Shown: positions 37,269-49,118 of the stretch, one piece after another
How the letters are laid out: each line of letters opens with the position of its first letter
Numbering within the stretch: the first letter of the stretch is position 1
The notes under the pieces: model-generated
Database searches by the model: none
What the model was told of the DNA's origin: nothing
What the model saw: only the letters and a program-made list of their open reading frames with translations
NCBI RefSeq assembly: GCF_001194135.2
Contig: NC_068985.1
Location: 80,731,816-80,795,815, forward strand
Reading direction: 5' to 3'
Origin: Octopus bimaculoides
Lineage: Eukaryota
Length of the DNA: 64,000 nt
Program-made: the position numbers and the translations under genes

Positions 37269-37578
37269 ACATATATATATATATNNNNNNNNNNNNNNNN
37301 NNNNNNNNNNNNNNNNNNNNNNNNNNNNNNNNNNNNNNNNNNNNNNNNNNNNNNNNNNNNNNNNNNNNNNNNNNNNNNNNNNNNNNNNNNNNNNNNNNNN
37401 NNNNNNNNNNNNNNNNNNNNNNNNNNNNNNNNNNNNNNNNNNNNNNNNNNNNNNNNAGTCTTTTGTTATATTTCTGCTGCTTCTAAATAATATATATATA
37501 TATATATATATGATAGATTGCTGACCACTACATTAATTTTTTTTCTCCTTGTTTTTCTCCTTATTTCTTTCTGTGTTC

Positions 37579-37613
37579 CTTTCAGTTGAAGAGTGTAGCT
37601 CGAAACGTTAAAG
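37579..37613 (+). ncRNA. Degenerate minimal hammerhead motif in a (TA)n-flanked cassette (37511-37706)
   Basis: CUUU-CAGUUGA-A-GAGU GUA GCUC-GAAA-CG-U-U/AAAG; same topology as 25951 but core positions 4 and 6 deviate. Confidence 0.5.
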
Positions 37614-38029
37614 ACTTTCTCTATTCCCAAGCGTTAAACTAATACATCCTTTTGTTGTTTACACCACCTGTCCTCGTCTGTTGTTGTTTTTTTCGTAAAT
37701 TCTCCCATATATATATATATATATATATATATCTATATACACATGCACACATACGGATATGTACGCTCACTTGCATACATACTCATATACAAATATATGT
37801 ACATACATACACTGCATACATACACATACACAGATGCTCATGTGTGCATATGCACACTTACACACACACATATATATATTTACTTATGTAGGTACATACA
37901 TTCATGCGTAGTAAACATGTGGACAGGCACGTATACGTATATATAGAGAAATACAATCTGACACACACATACATGGATAGGGGAAGAAGAGAGGGAGAGA
38001 GTTCACCTAATTATTATCCTTTCACTGTG

Positions 38030-39310
38030 CTGAATCTTGAAAATACATATTTGGCGCAGTGGGAACATCTCAGTATTTTCTCAGCATGTTTACCAAGTTT
38101 TCTTTACTTAACAGGATACACAAGGCTTTCTCAAGGCACAGGTCACATATGTCAGATAATGTGTTATATGGGTGGGCATTTTTTTTATTATTGACCATTC
38201 TATTTTGTATTTTAGTTTTCCTTCATTTAATTTCCATATTAGGTCCTCTAGTGATATTGTGTGTTGCCAGCTTATCTTTCAGAATGAGGAGATATGGTTG
38301 TGATAATGGATCTTAAATTAGTTTCCAGAGGTTTCCTATGTATACGTATTTATGTCATGGTGTGGTTAGTGTTCATTTGTATATGATGTTTTTTTTTTGC
38401 ATGCATTGGTTCCTGAGCAGACATGCATATTTCTTGCGACAGCTGCAATTATTTGCACTATTATTATTTTTGTAGTTATTTGGTGCCTTTTTGGTTTTGT
38501 TTTTGTGATGTTTCAGTTGATTAGCAGTGTCTGAAGTGTTTTGATGTTATAGCATGTTTTGTTGATTCTTTTTTGAGTTTTTGTTTGAATCCTATTATAA
38601 CTGTCAGGGTTGCTATCTATGTTTTTGTGATCCCTATTGTGTTTATTTTTGTTATTGTTCCTATACCCTGTGTTGTTTTGATGTTTGTTCCTTGTCTGTG
38701 GTCACTGTTTACATGTATATTTTTTTTATTGCTGTATATGTGTATGTAGTACTCCATGTTGTTGGATGTGGCATACAATACTTTCACTGTGTGCTTGTTG
38801 AGGGTATGATGGTATTTATGTGTTCTAGGGAAGCACCTATCTAATGCTACAAAGAATTGTTTACCTATCTTCAATGATATTCGAAATCTGAAGATTCGGT
38901 TATACCATAGGACCTCAGAATCTTTGTATTTTTTGTTTGGTTCCTTTAGCCTATTTTGTGTGTCGTTTTTGCTATTATTGTTATTCTTTTGGATTTTATT
39001 AATTTTTTCTATCTTTCCATTATGTCTTAGGTTTTTGTGCTTTTATTGTTATGTGTTTGTTGTTTTTCATGTTGTGTGTTTTTTATTTCAGGTGCATGGA
39101 TGTTCGTATTAGTTAGGGCTTTGTCAGGTGTGAACTTGATTTTTTTATATATACCTGGCCCTAGCTAGTGCTTCATTGTAATAAGGTGCATGTATGTTGA
39201 ATATTGTCTCAGTGGCAGGTAGACATGATATTCTGGAGGCTATGTTCCTAACTATTCCTTTGGTTACAGATGGTGGATGATTGGACTTTACATCTATCAG
39301 TCTGTCAGAT
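38030..39310 (-). mobile_element. Penelope-like element ORF remnant (RT C-terminus, linker, GIY-YIG)
   Basis: DVKSNHPPSVTKGIVRNIASRIS...YYNEAL; KIGKQFFVALDRCFPRTHKYHHTLNKHTVKVLY (ORF 38617-38874); CSCRKK...NIIYK*...YVYIG; C.LCLE...CSHCAKY. Confidence 0.88.
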
Positions 39311-39642
39311 ACCGGCCATGATGAAATACCACAAGGTATAGAAAATACGTATTCGCCTTTATATATTTAAGCCTTTATATATTTAATCCTTTATATTGAA
39401 CACTCAATATTTCATATATTCAATAAGACATATTCCATATATTCAATAAGACATTCAATACTTCATTTCATTGTACCATCCATTTTTATATTATATATTA
39501 TATATTCCATGTTCTATATCCCACATTAATTTTACAAGAATATAAATAAAACATAAAAAACAGACAGAGTTGGAACTCTTTTAAATAAAATATATTCTTC
39601 TATACACTATCATACAAAACCCTTTTTTGTATTTATTTTTAC

Positions 39643-39684
<42 letters not shown>

Positions 39685-40185
39685 GCATATGAATATGTGT
39701 GTGTGTGTGTGTGTGTGTACCTGTCCAAGCATTAGTATATATATGGAAGTATATGTGAACCAACATGTATCTGTATGTGTAGGCCAAATCTTAAAGGTCA
39801 GTTTAGGACAATTGCATGTGTAACTAACCATGAAGAACAAATCAACAGTACAAAGAAATCAAATGCCAATCCCTTTAAAATGGCAACCACTTTAACAGTA
39901 GCAGAATCACCATCCCATTATATCTACACATTGAAAGCAGTTTGCCAACAGTCCTTCAGCAACAACACACCCCCATAAACTCAATTCAGGCCATGACAGA
40001 CAGAGTGGATGTTCTTGAAGATGAGGATTTTGAACTTACGAAGACAATATTTACATATCACCTGATATGTAATGCAGGGAAGCAGTTGCATAATCAAGTA
40101 CCTGCATGCCTGGTGAACTACGTTTCATAGAAACAGTTGTGGTGATTAAAAAATAAATGTCCAAGTGTATTCCTCCAATTTTTTC

Positions 40186-40228
<43 letters not shown>

Positions 40229-40250
40229 CACACACACAGACACACATACA

Positions 40251-40292
<42 letters not shown>

Positions 40293-40359
40293 AACACATA
40301 TATAGGGGAAGGCGTGATTATAGGCACAGGGGAAGTTATTGGTGCTGGCATGGTTATAG

Positions 40360-40516
40360 GCACTGGCATGGCTGTGTGGTAAAAGGTTTGCTTCCCAACC
40401 ACATGGTTCTGGGTTCAGTCCCATTACATGGCACCTTGGGCAAGTGTCTTCTACTATAGCTTCGGGCCAACCAAAGACTTGTGAGTGGATTTGGTAGACG
40501 AAAACTGAAAGAAGCC

Positions 40517-40522
<6 letters not shown>
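40360..40522 (+). mobile_element. SINE family A head
   Basis: GGCATGGCTGTGTGGT...GGGTTCAGTCCC...CCTTGGGCAAGTGTCTTCTACTATAGC...AAACTGAAAGAAGCCC, then (TA)n and a gap. Confidence 0.88.
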
Positions 40523-40556
<34 letters not shown>

Positions 40557-41133
40557 NNNNNNNNNNNNNNNNNNNNNNNNNNNNNNNNNNNNNNNNNNNN
40601 NNNNNNNNNNNNNNNNNNNNNNNNNNNNNNNNNNNNNNNNNNNNNNNNNNNNNNNNNNNNNNNNNNNNNNNNNNNNNNNNNNNNNNNNNNNNNNNNNNNN
40701 NNNNNNNNNNNNNNNNNNNNNNNNNNNNNNNNNNNNNNNNNNNNNNNNNNNNNNNNNNNNNNNNNNNNNNNNNNNNNNNNNNNNNNNNNNNNNNNNNNNN
40801 NNNNNNNNNNNNNNNNNNNNNNNNNNNNNNNNNNNNNNNNNNNNNNNNNNNNNNNNNNNNNNNNNNNNNNNNNNNNNNNNNNNNNNNNNNNNNNNNNNNN
40901 NNNNNNNNNNNNNNNNNNNNNNNNNNNNNNNNNNNNNNNNNNNNNNNNNNNNNNNNNNNNNNNNNNNNNNNNNNNNNNNNNNNNNNNNNNNNNNNNNNNN
41001 NNNNNNNNNNNNNNNNNNNNNNNNNNNNNNNNNNNNNNNNNNNNNNNNNNNNNNNNNNNNNNNNNNNNNNNNNNNNNNNNNATTTAAAATAACACACAAA
41101 ATCCGTTAGATTCACTTCAACATTTAAATTAAA

Positions 41134-41184
41134 TTTGTCAAAATATTTTCGTCGCTTTGAGACCACGACCTGTTCACTGACAAA
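41134..41184 (-). ncRNA. Type I hammerhead ribozyme motif, G3:C8 core variant
   Basis: UUUGUCA-GUGAACA-G-GUCGU GGUCUCAAA GCGAC-GAAA-AUAU-U-U/UGACAAA: 7-bp stem I, 5-bp stem II, palindromic stem III AAUAUU. Confidence 0.72.
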
Positions 41185-41196
41185 ATTCTGTGCTGC

Positions 41197-41314
<118 letters not shown>

Positions 41315-41371
41315 AGATACATTTTATATATATATATAAACGATACATATATTATACATTATATATCTGTA

Positions 41372-41404
<33 letters not shown>

Positions 41405-41743
41405 ATAAATAGATAGATGGTGAAGGCACATTGCTGAGTGATTTGAGCATTGCATCCATGCTCATAAGATCATGGTTTTGACTTTCATTTCACATTGCTC
41501 CTATCCATTCAGTTATAAATGGGTATTACTACAGAAGACCTGGGTGACATTGGCTTGTCAATCTAGCCAGTGTGGTTTCATCATCCAAATACTAGAGCAA
41601 TGTGAGGTTGGTACAGTTATATATATTTTTAAGATTGCCTCTATAGATTTTCTATAGAATTCGGAGCCAGCACTGTAAGTTACAACATTTTGTAAACAAA
41701 TATGTCCATGTAAACATTATTATCAAAACCATAAAAAATAGGT

Positions 41744-41797
41744 AATGGGTGTATATGCATATTTCAAGAATTATTGTCCTCTCATCAGCAACTCATC
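41744..41797 (-). ncRNA. Type I hammerhead motif, canonical core, decayed stem I
   Basis: GAUGAGUUG-CUGAUGA-GAGGA CAAUAA UUCUU-GAAA-UAUGCAUA-U-A/CACCCAUU; stem III is the palindrome AUAUGCAUAU. Confidence 0.55.
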
Positions 41798-42044
41798 TAA
41801 CCTATCATCTATCGATGAATGCATTGCTTAAATATCTAGTAGGTTTAGAGTTGTAACATAATTGGATAGCTTAATTTGCATATTAAAAACATTCCTGACA
41901 GCTGGTTCATATATTTAATTGATGGTAGGGCAACAATATTTTACCTTATAACCCTAATATTATAAATTTATAAGACAATATTGTGTCATGCTGTGTGTTA
42001 TCTACATATATATACATACATATATATATATATATGTGTGTGTG

Positions 42045-42112
<68 letters not shown>

Positions 42113-42164
42113 TGTATATAAGATATATAAGATGTGTATGCATTGATATGTGCATGTATATATG

Positions 42165-42320
42165 TATGCAGGTGGTTAGTGTTAGGAAGAGCACGCAGCC
42201 ATAAAAACCATGCCAAAACAGACACAGAAACCTGATGTAGTCTTCTGCTTAGCTGGCTCCTATCAAACTATCAAATCCATGCCAGCATGGAAGGCAAGCG
42301 TTAAACAATGATGAAAATGA
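42165..42320 (+). mobile_element. RTE-tail repeat (family C)
   Basis: GTTAGGAAGAGCACGCAGCC...CCATGCCAGCATGGAAGGCAAGCGTTAAACAATGATG. Confidence 0.75.
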
Positions 42321-43075
42321 TGGTGATATATGTATGTGTGTATGTATTATGTATGTATGTATGTATACATGCATATATATTTATAACATTCACACACACG
42401 TTTGCAGCATGTGGTCAAGAATGTAAATATTTATGTATTTGTATTATTAACTGTCTAATTTATGAATGCAGGTCTGCTCTAACTTATTCTGAGCATGACA
42501 CATTAATCTGTCCGTGTGTTTATATTCTCCCAGTCATTCAAGATAAATAGTAGACAATTTCCTAATATGTATAATGTGAAATAAACCTATAGTGTATTGT
42601 ATGATGTTGGGCTAATTACAAGTTGAGCTTAAGATATATTTATATGCATTTTAGTTTATCAGCTGTCATTGTGTGACAATAATTTCTTGGTAAGATTATT
42701 CCATACTTTAAGTTTACTCTAAACCTGAAGATTAATTTTTAATGAAGAAGAGATTACTCACACACTCACACACACACACATATGCACACACAAACACTCT
42801 CGCTTCCATATACATGTATACTGACACACATGTATATATTCTATACTTTTGTCAATTCAATAGTATTTTAGTATCTTTATGGGCGTGGTTTGTAGAAACT
42901 CCTTTCTAACAGCTCCCCTTCATTTGATCTTGAGTTTAATATAGAATCTAATTAAAGACATCACTTGGAGATTCACAATTTACTACTGTACACCCATGCA
43001 TCCTTTTCATTTTCCTCTCCAAAAGCAGTCTGTAATAATAATATTAATAATAATGTTGATAATAATAATAATAAC

Positions 43076-43113
<38 letters not shown>

Positions 43114-44303
43114 GAATAAACAAATAAAAAACAAAACAAAAGCAATGTTTTAATAATTATTCAACCAGCTCCTTTTATCAATTCCCTTAATGTATCCATA
43201 CCATCATCTCAACCCTTTTATGCTATTCTGTTGGCATCTAAAATATTGTCATTATCCATTCCTGTTAAATATTCACCAATGAATTATGGGATTGAATTTA
43301 TTTCTGATTGCTGCATGAAGTGAACAGCCTAAACCAATGGGTTACGCCGACAATCTTGAAATGAAATTTCTCTGAAATTAGTTGTGATCATATGCAACTT
43401 TTAAGCCTTTTCTCAGCTACTGTTATGATTTATGAATAGTTTTTCAGAATGAATTTTAATCAAGAGAGGCAATCTACCAAATTGAACTTTTCTGTTCCAA
43501 TGCTTTCATTTTATGTTTAATGAACTAAACAGTATCAACGTTAATTACAAAATGTAATTGTCTGTGGTCATAATTTTAGAAAGTTAAATTACAAAGAGAA
43601 TTTACTCAGACATAAACATGCATATGCACACTTTGAGTTGATACCAAACTGGGGAAATTTTTACTCACAAAGAAATAATTTATTAAGGAAAAAAAATTGA
43701 AAATGCAATTAAATTTAACCAAAAAACTTAAAGAAAATGAAGATAGTTTTTTTTTTATTTTTAAGTTTACTTTGCTATGTTCAAACTCACATCAGTTACT
43801 CATGGTTTATGTAACACAAATTGATAAAATAAAATTATGTATTTATTTCTTTATTTATGTATTTATTTGTTTCTGTATAAAATTATTTCCTTTAGTAAAA
43901 AATACATAACTGTTACACATTTTCATGAAATTCTATGAAGAACTATACATAGAGACATAGCAGACTCTTGGCAAATTGAATATAAAACAAAGGCTGAATG
44001 TCTGTCTGTTCGAGCCATTTTTCTTCAGGCATGGGGTTTCTGGCTGAAGTCAATTGTCTGAAGATTAACTTTCCCTCAACACTCTATATTAAAATGAAGT
44101 CTTCAATAATGACTCTAATTCATTAAAGGTCAGGAAAAGTTTTCTATTTCATTGAATTGTTTGTCTAATTTTCAATGTTCTGCCAAAGAATTTGTAAAAG
44201 ATGAACAACAAAATGTCTTTAATGTTAACAACATTATGGACTTTCATATTTTGGGTCAAGCATTTTAAATAGATTTAGTGGGGAGATATCTTAGATATTG
44301 GAC

Positions 44304-44930
44304 TACAGTAATGCCTTGATATATGAGTTAATTTGTTCCTAGAGACTGCTTGTAAAGCAAAAACTCGTAAAGCAGAGCAATCATTTCCCATAGTAGCAAT
44401 GTTGTAAATCATAATTTGTTCCCAGATAAATATTTTATCTATAAAATTTATAATACTCGTAAATAAATGGCAAGAAAACAACAGTAGAATGTAAAGAATG
44501 TTTTATGTAAAGTATAAAGAATGTCAAGATCATTTATAATAAAAAATATTATTATTGTAATCGTTTTTTGAATCATTTTCACTTGCACTAATCATGCACA
44601 CCATCACTTGTAGACGCGATCGCTGATTCACAAGCACTCGTAAATGGACTTGTAGATTTCTTTTCAAAAAACAAGTCTAGAGTTGTTTGCTTAGAAGAAG
44701 CTTTTTTTTTTGCTCTCTATGAATTTTTTGGTAACACACAGCAGTATTTGTTACAGTCGTAGAAACTTTTGCCCTTTGTTCAAAATTTGGATCTTGTGCT
44801 TTAACCGTTTTGTATTAGTTATGATATAAAACTTGTAAACCCAGGATCTCGTAAAGTGACATGTTGGACTACTTGCTCATTGAGCGTGCATTTAAATCTA
44901 ATGGAAATGCATTATTTGTTTCTAGGCATA
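44304..44930 (-). mobile_element. Tigger/pogo DNA transposon remnant
   Basis: TA|CAGTAATGCCTTGATATATGAG terminal sequence at 44304; minus-strand transposase C-terminus KAQDPNFEQRAKV...VCYQKIHREQKK/ASSKQTTLDLFFEK at about 44600-44810 with a frameshift in an A run. Confidence 0.7.
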
Positions 44931-45116
44931 ATAATCCAATTTATATTACATTAGTTCCTCTATATTGTTGGAAGTAGGTATCAGATTATTCTGTAAAATG
45001 ATGCCTGTGTTTTGGTTATGGAAAAGCCCATTCTTCATCTACTTCTCATCAAAAGGGAGCTAACTAATGACTCTTAAATTTGGGGAACCATAAGCATTTA
45101 CAGACTTCCACACACC

Positions 45117-45158
<42 letters not shown>

Positions 45159-45263
45159 GACACACACACACCAACACACACACACCACACACCCACACAC
45201 CCACACACACACACAAACACACACAGAGACCAATATATACACATTGATAATAATAATGAGATT

Positions 45264-45540
45264 AGTCAGAAGAAATGAGAAATAATTATTTATATAGAGA
45301 AACAGAAAAATCTTCAGATTTTCTACGGAAATGAAAAGGAATGAAATGAAGTGAGCTATAATAAAATAATATACTTACATAATTACATTTAAGATATATT
45401 CTTATATAACAACATAAATGGGTTATTTTTGCCACTTCATTTCTTTCCGTTTCATTTCATTTCCTTGGAAAACTTGCAGGCTTTTCATGTTCCTATATAA
45501 ATAAAATAAAATAAACAATACCTTCGTTTTTCTTCTGACT
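45264..45540. mobile_element. Fold-back MITE-like element with about 100-bp imperfect arms
   Basis: AGTCAGAAGAAA at 45264 / TTTCTTCTGACT ending 45540; inner GGAAATGAAA..GAAATGAAGTG / CACTTCATTTC..TTTCATTTCC; no clear TSD. Confidence 0.6.
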
Positions 45541-46163
45541 TTACTTTTTTACTGTAAATAATATACTATTCTGTAAACTACCTAGAACTTTTTATTTCTA
45601 TGTATGCGTGTATGCTTGCATGTATGTATGTATGTATGTGTGTATGTGTGTGTTTATTTAATATGGCTCTCTTGAGTGTGAAACATCAAGTAATGGAAAG
45701 GTAGCCAACTGTAATGCACACATAGAAGCATATAGCTGTGTGTGTGTGTGTGTGCGTGTGCATGTGTGTGCATGTATGTGCAGGGATTTGGCAAAAGAGA
45801 TCGATAAAATAAGTACCAAGCTTAAAAAAAAGTACTGGGGTTGATTCATTCAACTAAAAATCTTTCAAGGTGGTGCCCCAGGAAGGGGCACTGCCTAGAA
45901 ACAATTAAACTATAAAACAAGTGAAAGCTATAGATATATAAATTACATGGCACTACACAGGTACTTTTATGTGGAACTACATGGGCACTGTTATGTGGTG
46001 CTGCATGGGTGCTTTTATGTGGCACTGCCACAAGTGCTTTACATTGCCAGCAGGATTGGTCTTAACACCGCTGCTATGGGATACGGGTCTTCATGAGACA
46101 CGAGGTGTCTCGGTCTTTTGTCGTCTTACCTGAAAGGTTCAGCTTCCTGATTGTATGTGTGTG

Positions 46164-46196
<33 letters not shown>

Positions 46197-47689
46197 TTGT
46201 GTGTGTGTTGTCAAGCAATATATTATTGATCATGACATAAATTGCTTGATATAAAAATATACCCACACAATTATTTTTATTGAGTATCCTTTTATATGAC
46301 TTACAGAAAACTAACTGATAATATATATATATATATATATATATAGATATATATATATATATATATATACATATTTTGTTGTATTTGGGGATGGCCGAAA
46401 TACGATTAATGTAATATAAAGCTGAAGCAAATTAACACCAAATATATAGTGCGTGTGTTTTTATTGGCTAAACTGGCAACATGACCATCCCCAAATACAA
46501 CAAGACAGCGTCACTAGTGTTGATGCCATGGTAAAACACATTCAGTGAAGTGGTTGACAAATATACTGTGACAACCTATTTTTGAGAGTAACTTTTTGTC
46601 TTGTTTTTTTTTGTACTAGTGTAATGAGAAAATTTGAAGATGTGACAATCTTTCTTGTTGGTGACATGAAGATATGCACCTAGTACATTATATAAAGTGA
46701 TTTGTGATAGAAAGCCAAAATTGAAAAGTGCAAGTGAGATGGGATGATCTAACCTACTTAGAAAGGCAGTAAATCTGAGCAAGAATTGACTTGGACCTTG
46801 ACATCTTGTCCAACTTATACCAGCATAGAAAACAAAAATAATCATGGAAAAAAAAATGATTATGATGATATATATTTGTGCATGTGTGCGTACTTGTAAA
46901 TGTGCATGTGTGTCTGAATACACACATGCACATATATTATGTCTTGTGTCTTCACATAAATTTATGACTGCTACTGTTGAGTTAAGAACTCCATGTAGAT
47001 TAACATCATCCAGTTTGCTTCCAATGTAGTGATTTAGCAATTACTAGACTTAGGAGTGTTACTAGTTATGATATACAAAGCAAATATAGAAAAAATTGTG
47101 CTTGTATGTGTGTGTGCACATAGTATGGGCAAATGGTTAAAAAGTTTGTTTATCAATCACAAGGTTCTGTGGCATCTTGGAAAAGTGCCTTTTATTACTA
47201 TAGTTTCAGGTTGATCCATGCTTTGAGACTGAAATTGGGCAGACCAGAAACTATGTAGAACCCTGTCAGTTGAATGAAACTTGTAATTAAAATGTCCAGT
47301 TTTCTCACACAATGCCATGAAGAGTAAACCTGAAAATTACATTATTTGTATGTATGGAATACTCATCTACCTGCATAGTGAATAAAAGAACTTGCTAGTT
47401 CAGGTGAACAACTATTAGAAAATTCATAGTTCAGACTGGTTCTTTATTTTATTATTTTATTGTCCCAGAAAAAAGTTTAAAGACAAAATCTCCTCCTCCT
47501 ATTATCATTATGATTTTTAGATTTGTTATTCTATATTTCTGGGTTAAAATCCTGTCTGAGTTAACTGTGCCTTTCAACTTTTTACAGAGTCGATAAAATA
47601 AAATACCAGTTAAGTACTGACATTGATAATGTTGATTAAGAACATCCTCTTCTCAAAAATGTTGACTTGCATCTAAATTTCTGTCTGTT

Positions 47690-47885
47690 TTAAGCACAAG
47701 GCCTGAAAACTGCAGGGAAGTGATAGTCAATTATATCAATCCCAGTACACAACTGGTACTTATCGTATTGACCCCAGAAGGCAAAGTTAACCTCAGTGGA
47801 ATTTGAACTCAGAATGTGAAACCAGAAGAAATGCCACTATGCATTTTGTCTGGCATGCTGACATTTCTACCCGCTCACGACCTTG
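47690..47885 (-). mobile_element. SINE family B
   Basis: ACTGGTACTTATCGTATTGACCCC...AAAGTTAACCTCAGTGGAATTTGAACTCAGAATG. Confidence 0.8.
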
Positions 47886-48117
47886 AACTTGATTCTAAAT
47901 TAGAACTAATAGATATAGGCTTATGTTAGAAACAACAACGATGATAACAACAACAAAAAATTGACAGTGATGAAAATTTGGACACCATATTACAAATGAT
48001 AAATGTGAAGTTAAGTCTTTGTGTGTTTCTGAATGGCTAACATATTTTGTAAGCTGCAATCGTTTTAGTTTCAACACATGGTCCCAGCTCAAAACATTCA
48101 CCATGCAAGTACACTTC

Positions 48118-48149
<32 letters not shown>

Positions 48150-48169
48150 TAATAATAATCATATTATTT

Positions 48170-48345
48170 CAAATTTTTGACACAAGGGCATCTTGCAGGG
48201 AGGGGATTAAGTTAATTACATCAACCCCAATGTTTCACTGATACTTAATTTACTAACCCCGAAAGGATGAAAGGCATAGTTGACTTCGACAGAATTTGAA
48301 CTTAAGCATTTTACCCAGTGTGCTAACAATTCTGCCAGCTTGTCA
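48170..48345 (-). mobile_element. SINE family B, internally deleted
   Basis: CCCCGAAAGGATGAAAGGCATAGTTGACTTCGACAGAATTTGAAC core. Confidence 0.75.
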
Positions 48346-48418
48346 TGATAATAATAATAATAATAATAATGATAATAATAATAATAATAATAATAATACT
48401 ACTACTAATAATAATAAT

Positions 48419-48841
48419 GGATACGAGGTTGTGGGTGCTTGGTACCAACATACACTGTATGGTAATGAACAAAAAGGGGAAGGCAAAAATCCTCTAGGAC
48501 TTTGACTTCCAGACAGACAAGGTGTTAGAGCATCAAAGGCTGGATATAGTAACCTTTAGGAGGGACAAACAAGAGTGCCTAATAATTGACGTGGCAGAGC
48601 CAGGAGAGCAACATATCATCATGAAAGAAAGAGAAATAGTTGATAAATATGGAGACCTGAGAATTGAGATTGCTAAGATGTGACAGCTACAAGAGTCAAA
48701 CATAAAGATTGTCCCTGTTGTCATCAGAGCATTGGGTTCAATACCACCCAACCTGAAAAAAACATCTGGAGATTTTAGAAATACCCTATAATCTAGATGT
48801 ATTGCAAAAGTCAGCATTACTTGGAACTGCACGCATATTGT

Positions 48842-48842
<1 letters not shown>
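48419..48842 (+). mobile_element. R4/Dong-type RLE domain remnant embedded in (TAA)n
   Basis: WYQH...KAKIL*DFDFQTDKVLEHQRLDIV...CLIIDVAEP...KYGDLRIEIAKM*...IVPVVIRALG...LQKSALLGTARIL; (TAA)n on both sides. Confidence 0.88.
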
Positions 48843-48892
<50 letters not shown>

Positions 48893-48914
48893 GTAATTAT
48901 TATTATTATCATTT

Positions 48915-49118
48915 TATGTTTGACTTTTGTTTTGCATTTGTACAAGTTGGATCCAAGTCTCACCCAGAGACCTCAAGAGACAACAAGTTAGAAGTTCATG
49001 TAGGTGTTATGCCTAGGGTACCATATATTTGGATTTGTACAGTTTTGTTCAAGTGAATGTTTAAGAAACCATAAGAAAATTATGTGTTTGCTTTAAAATT
49101 TGAGATCACATAGACAGT
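48915..49118 (-). mobile_element. 3' UTR of the 20411-type R4/Dong element
   Basis: Similar in reverse complement to about 20750-20945; abuts (TTA)n and runs into a gap. Confidence 0.85.

Noticed and set aside
39775-40130. Overlapping short ORFs including MTDRVDVLEDEDFELTKT
   Set aside because: No recognisable domain or consistent splice sites; runs into a repeat shared with 63940-63990.
46209-46251. 11-bp stem between microsatellites, possible hammerhead stem I
   Set aside because: The 21-nt interior is too short for a core and lacks CUGANGA and GAAA.
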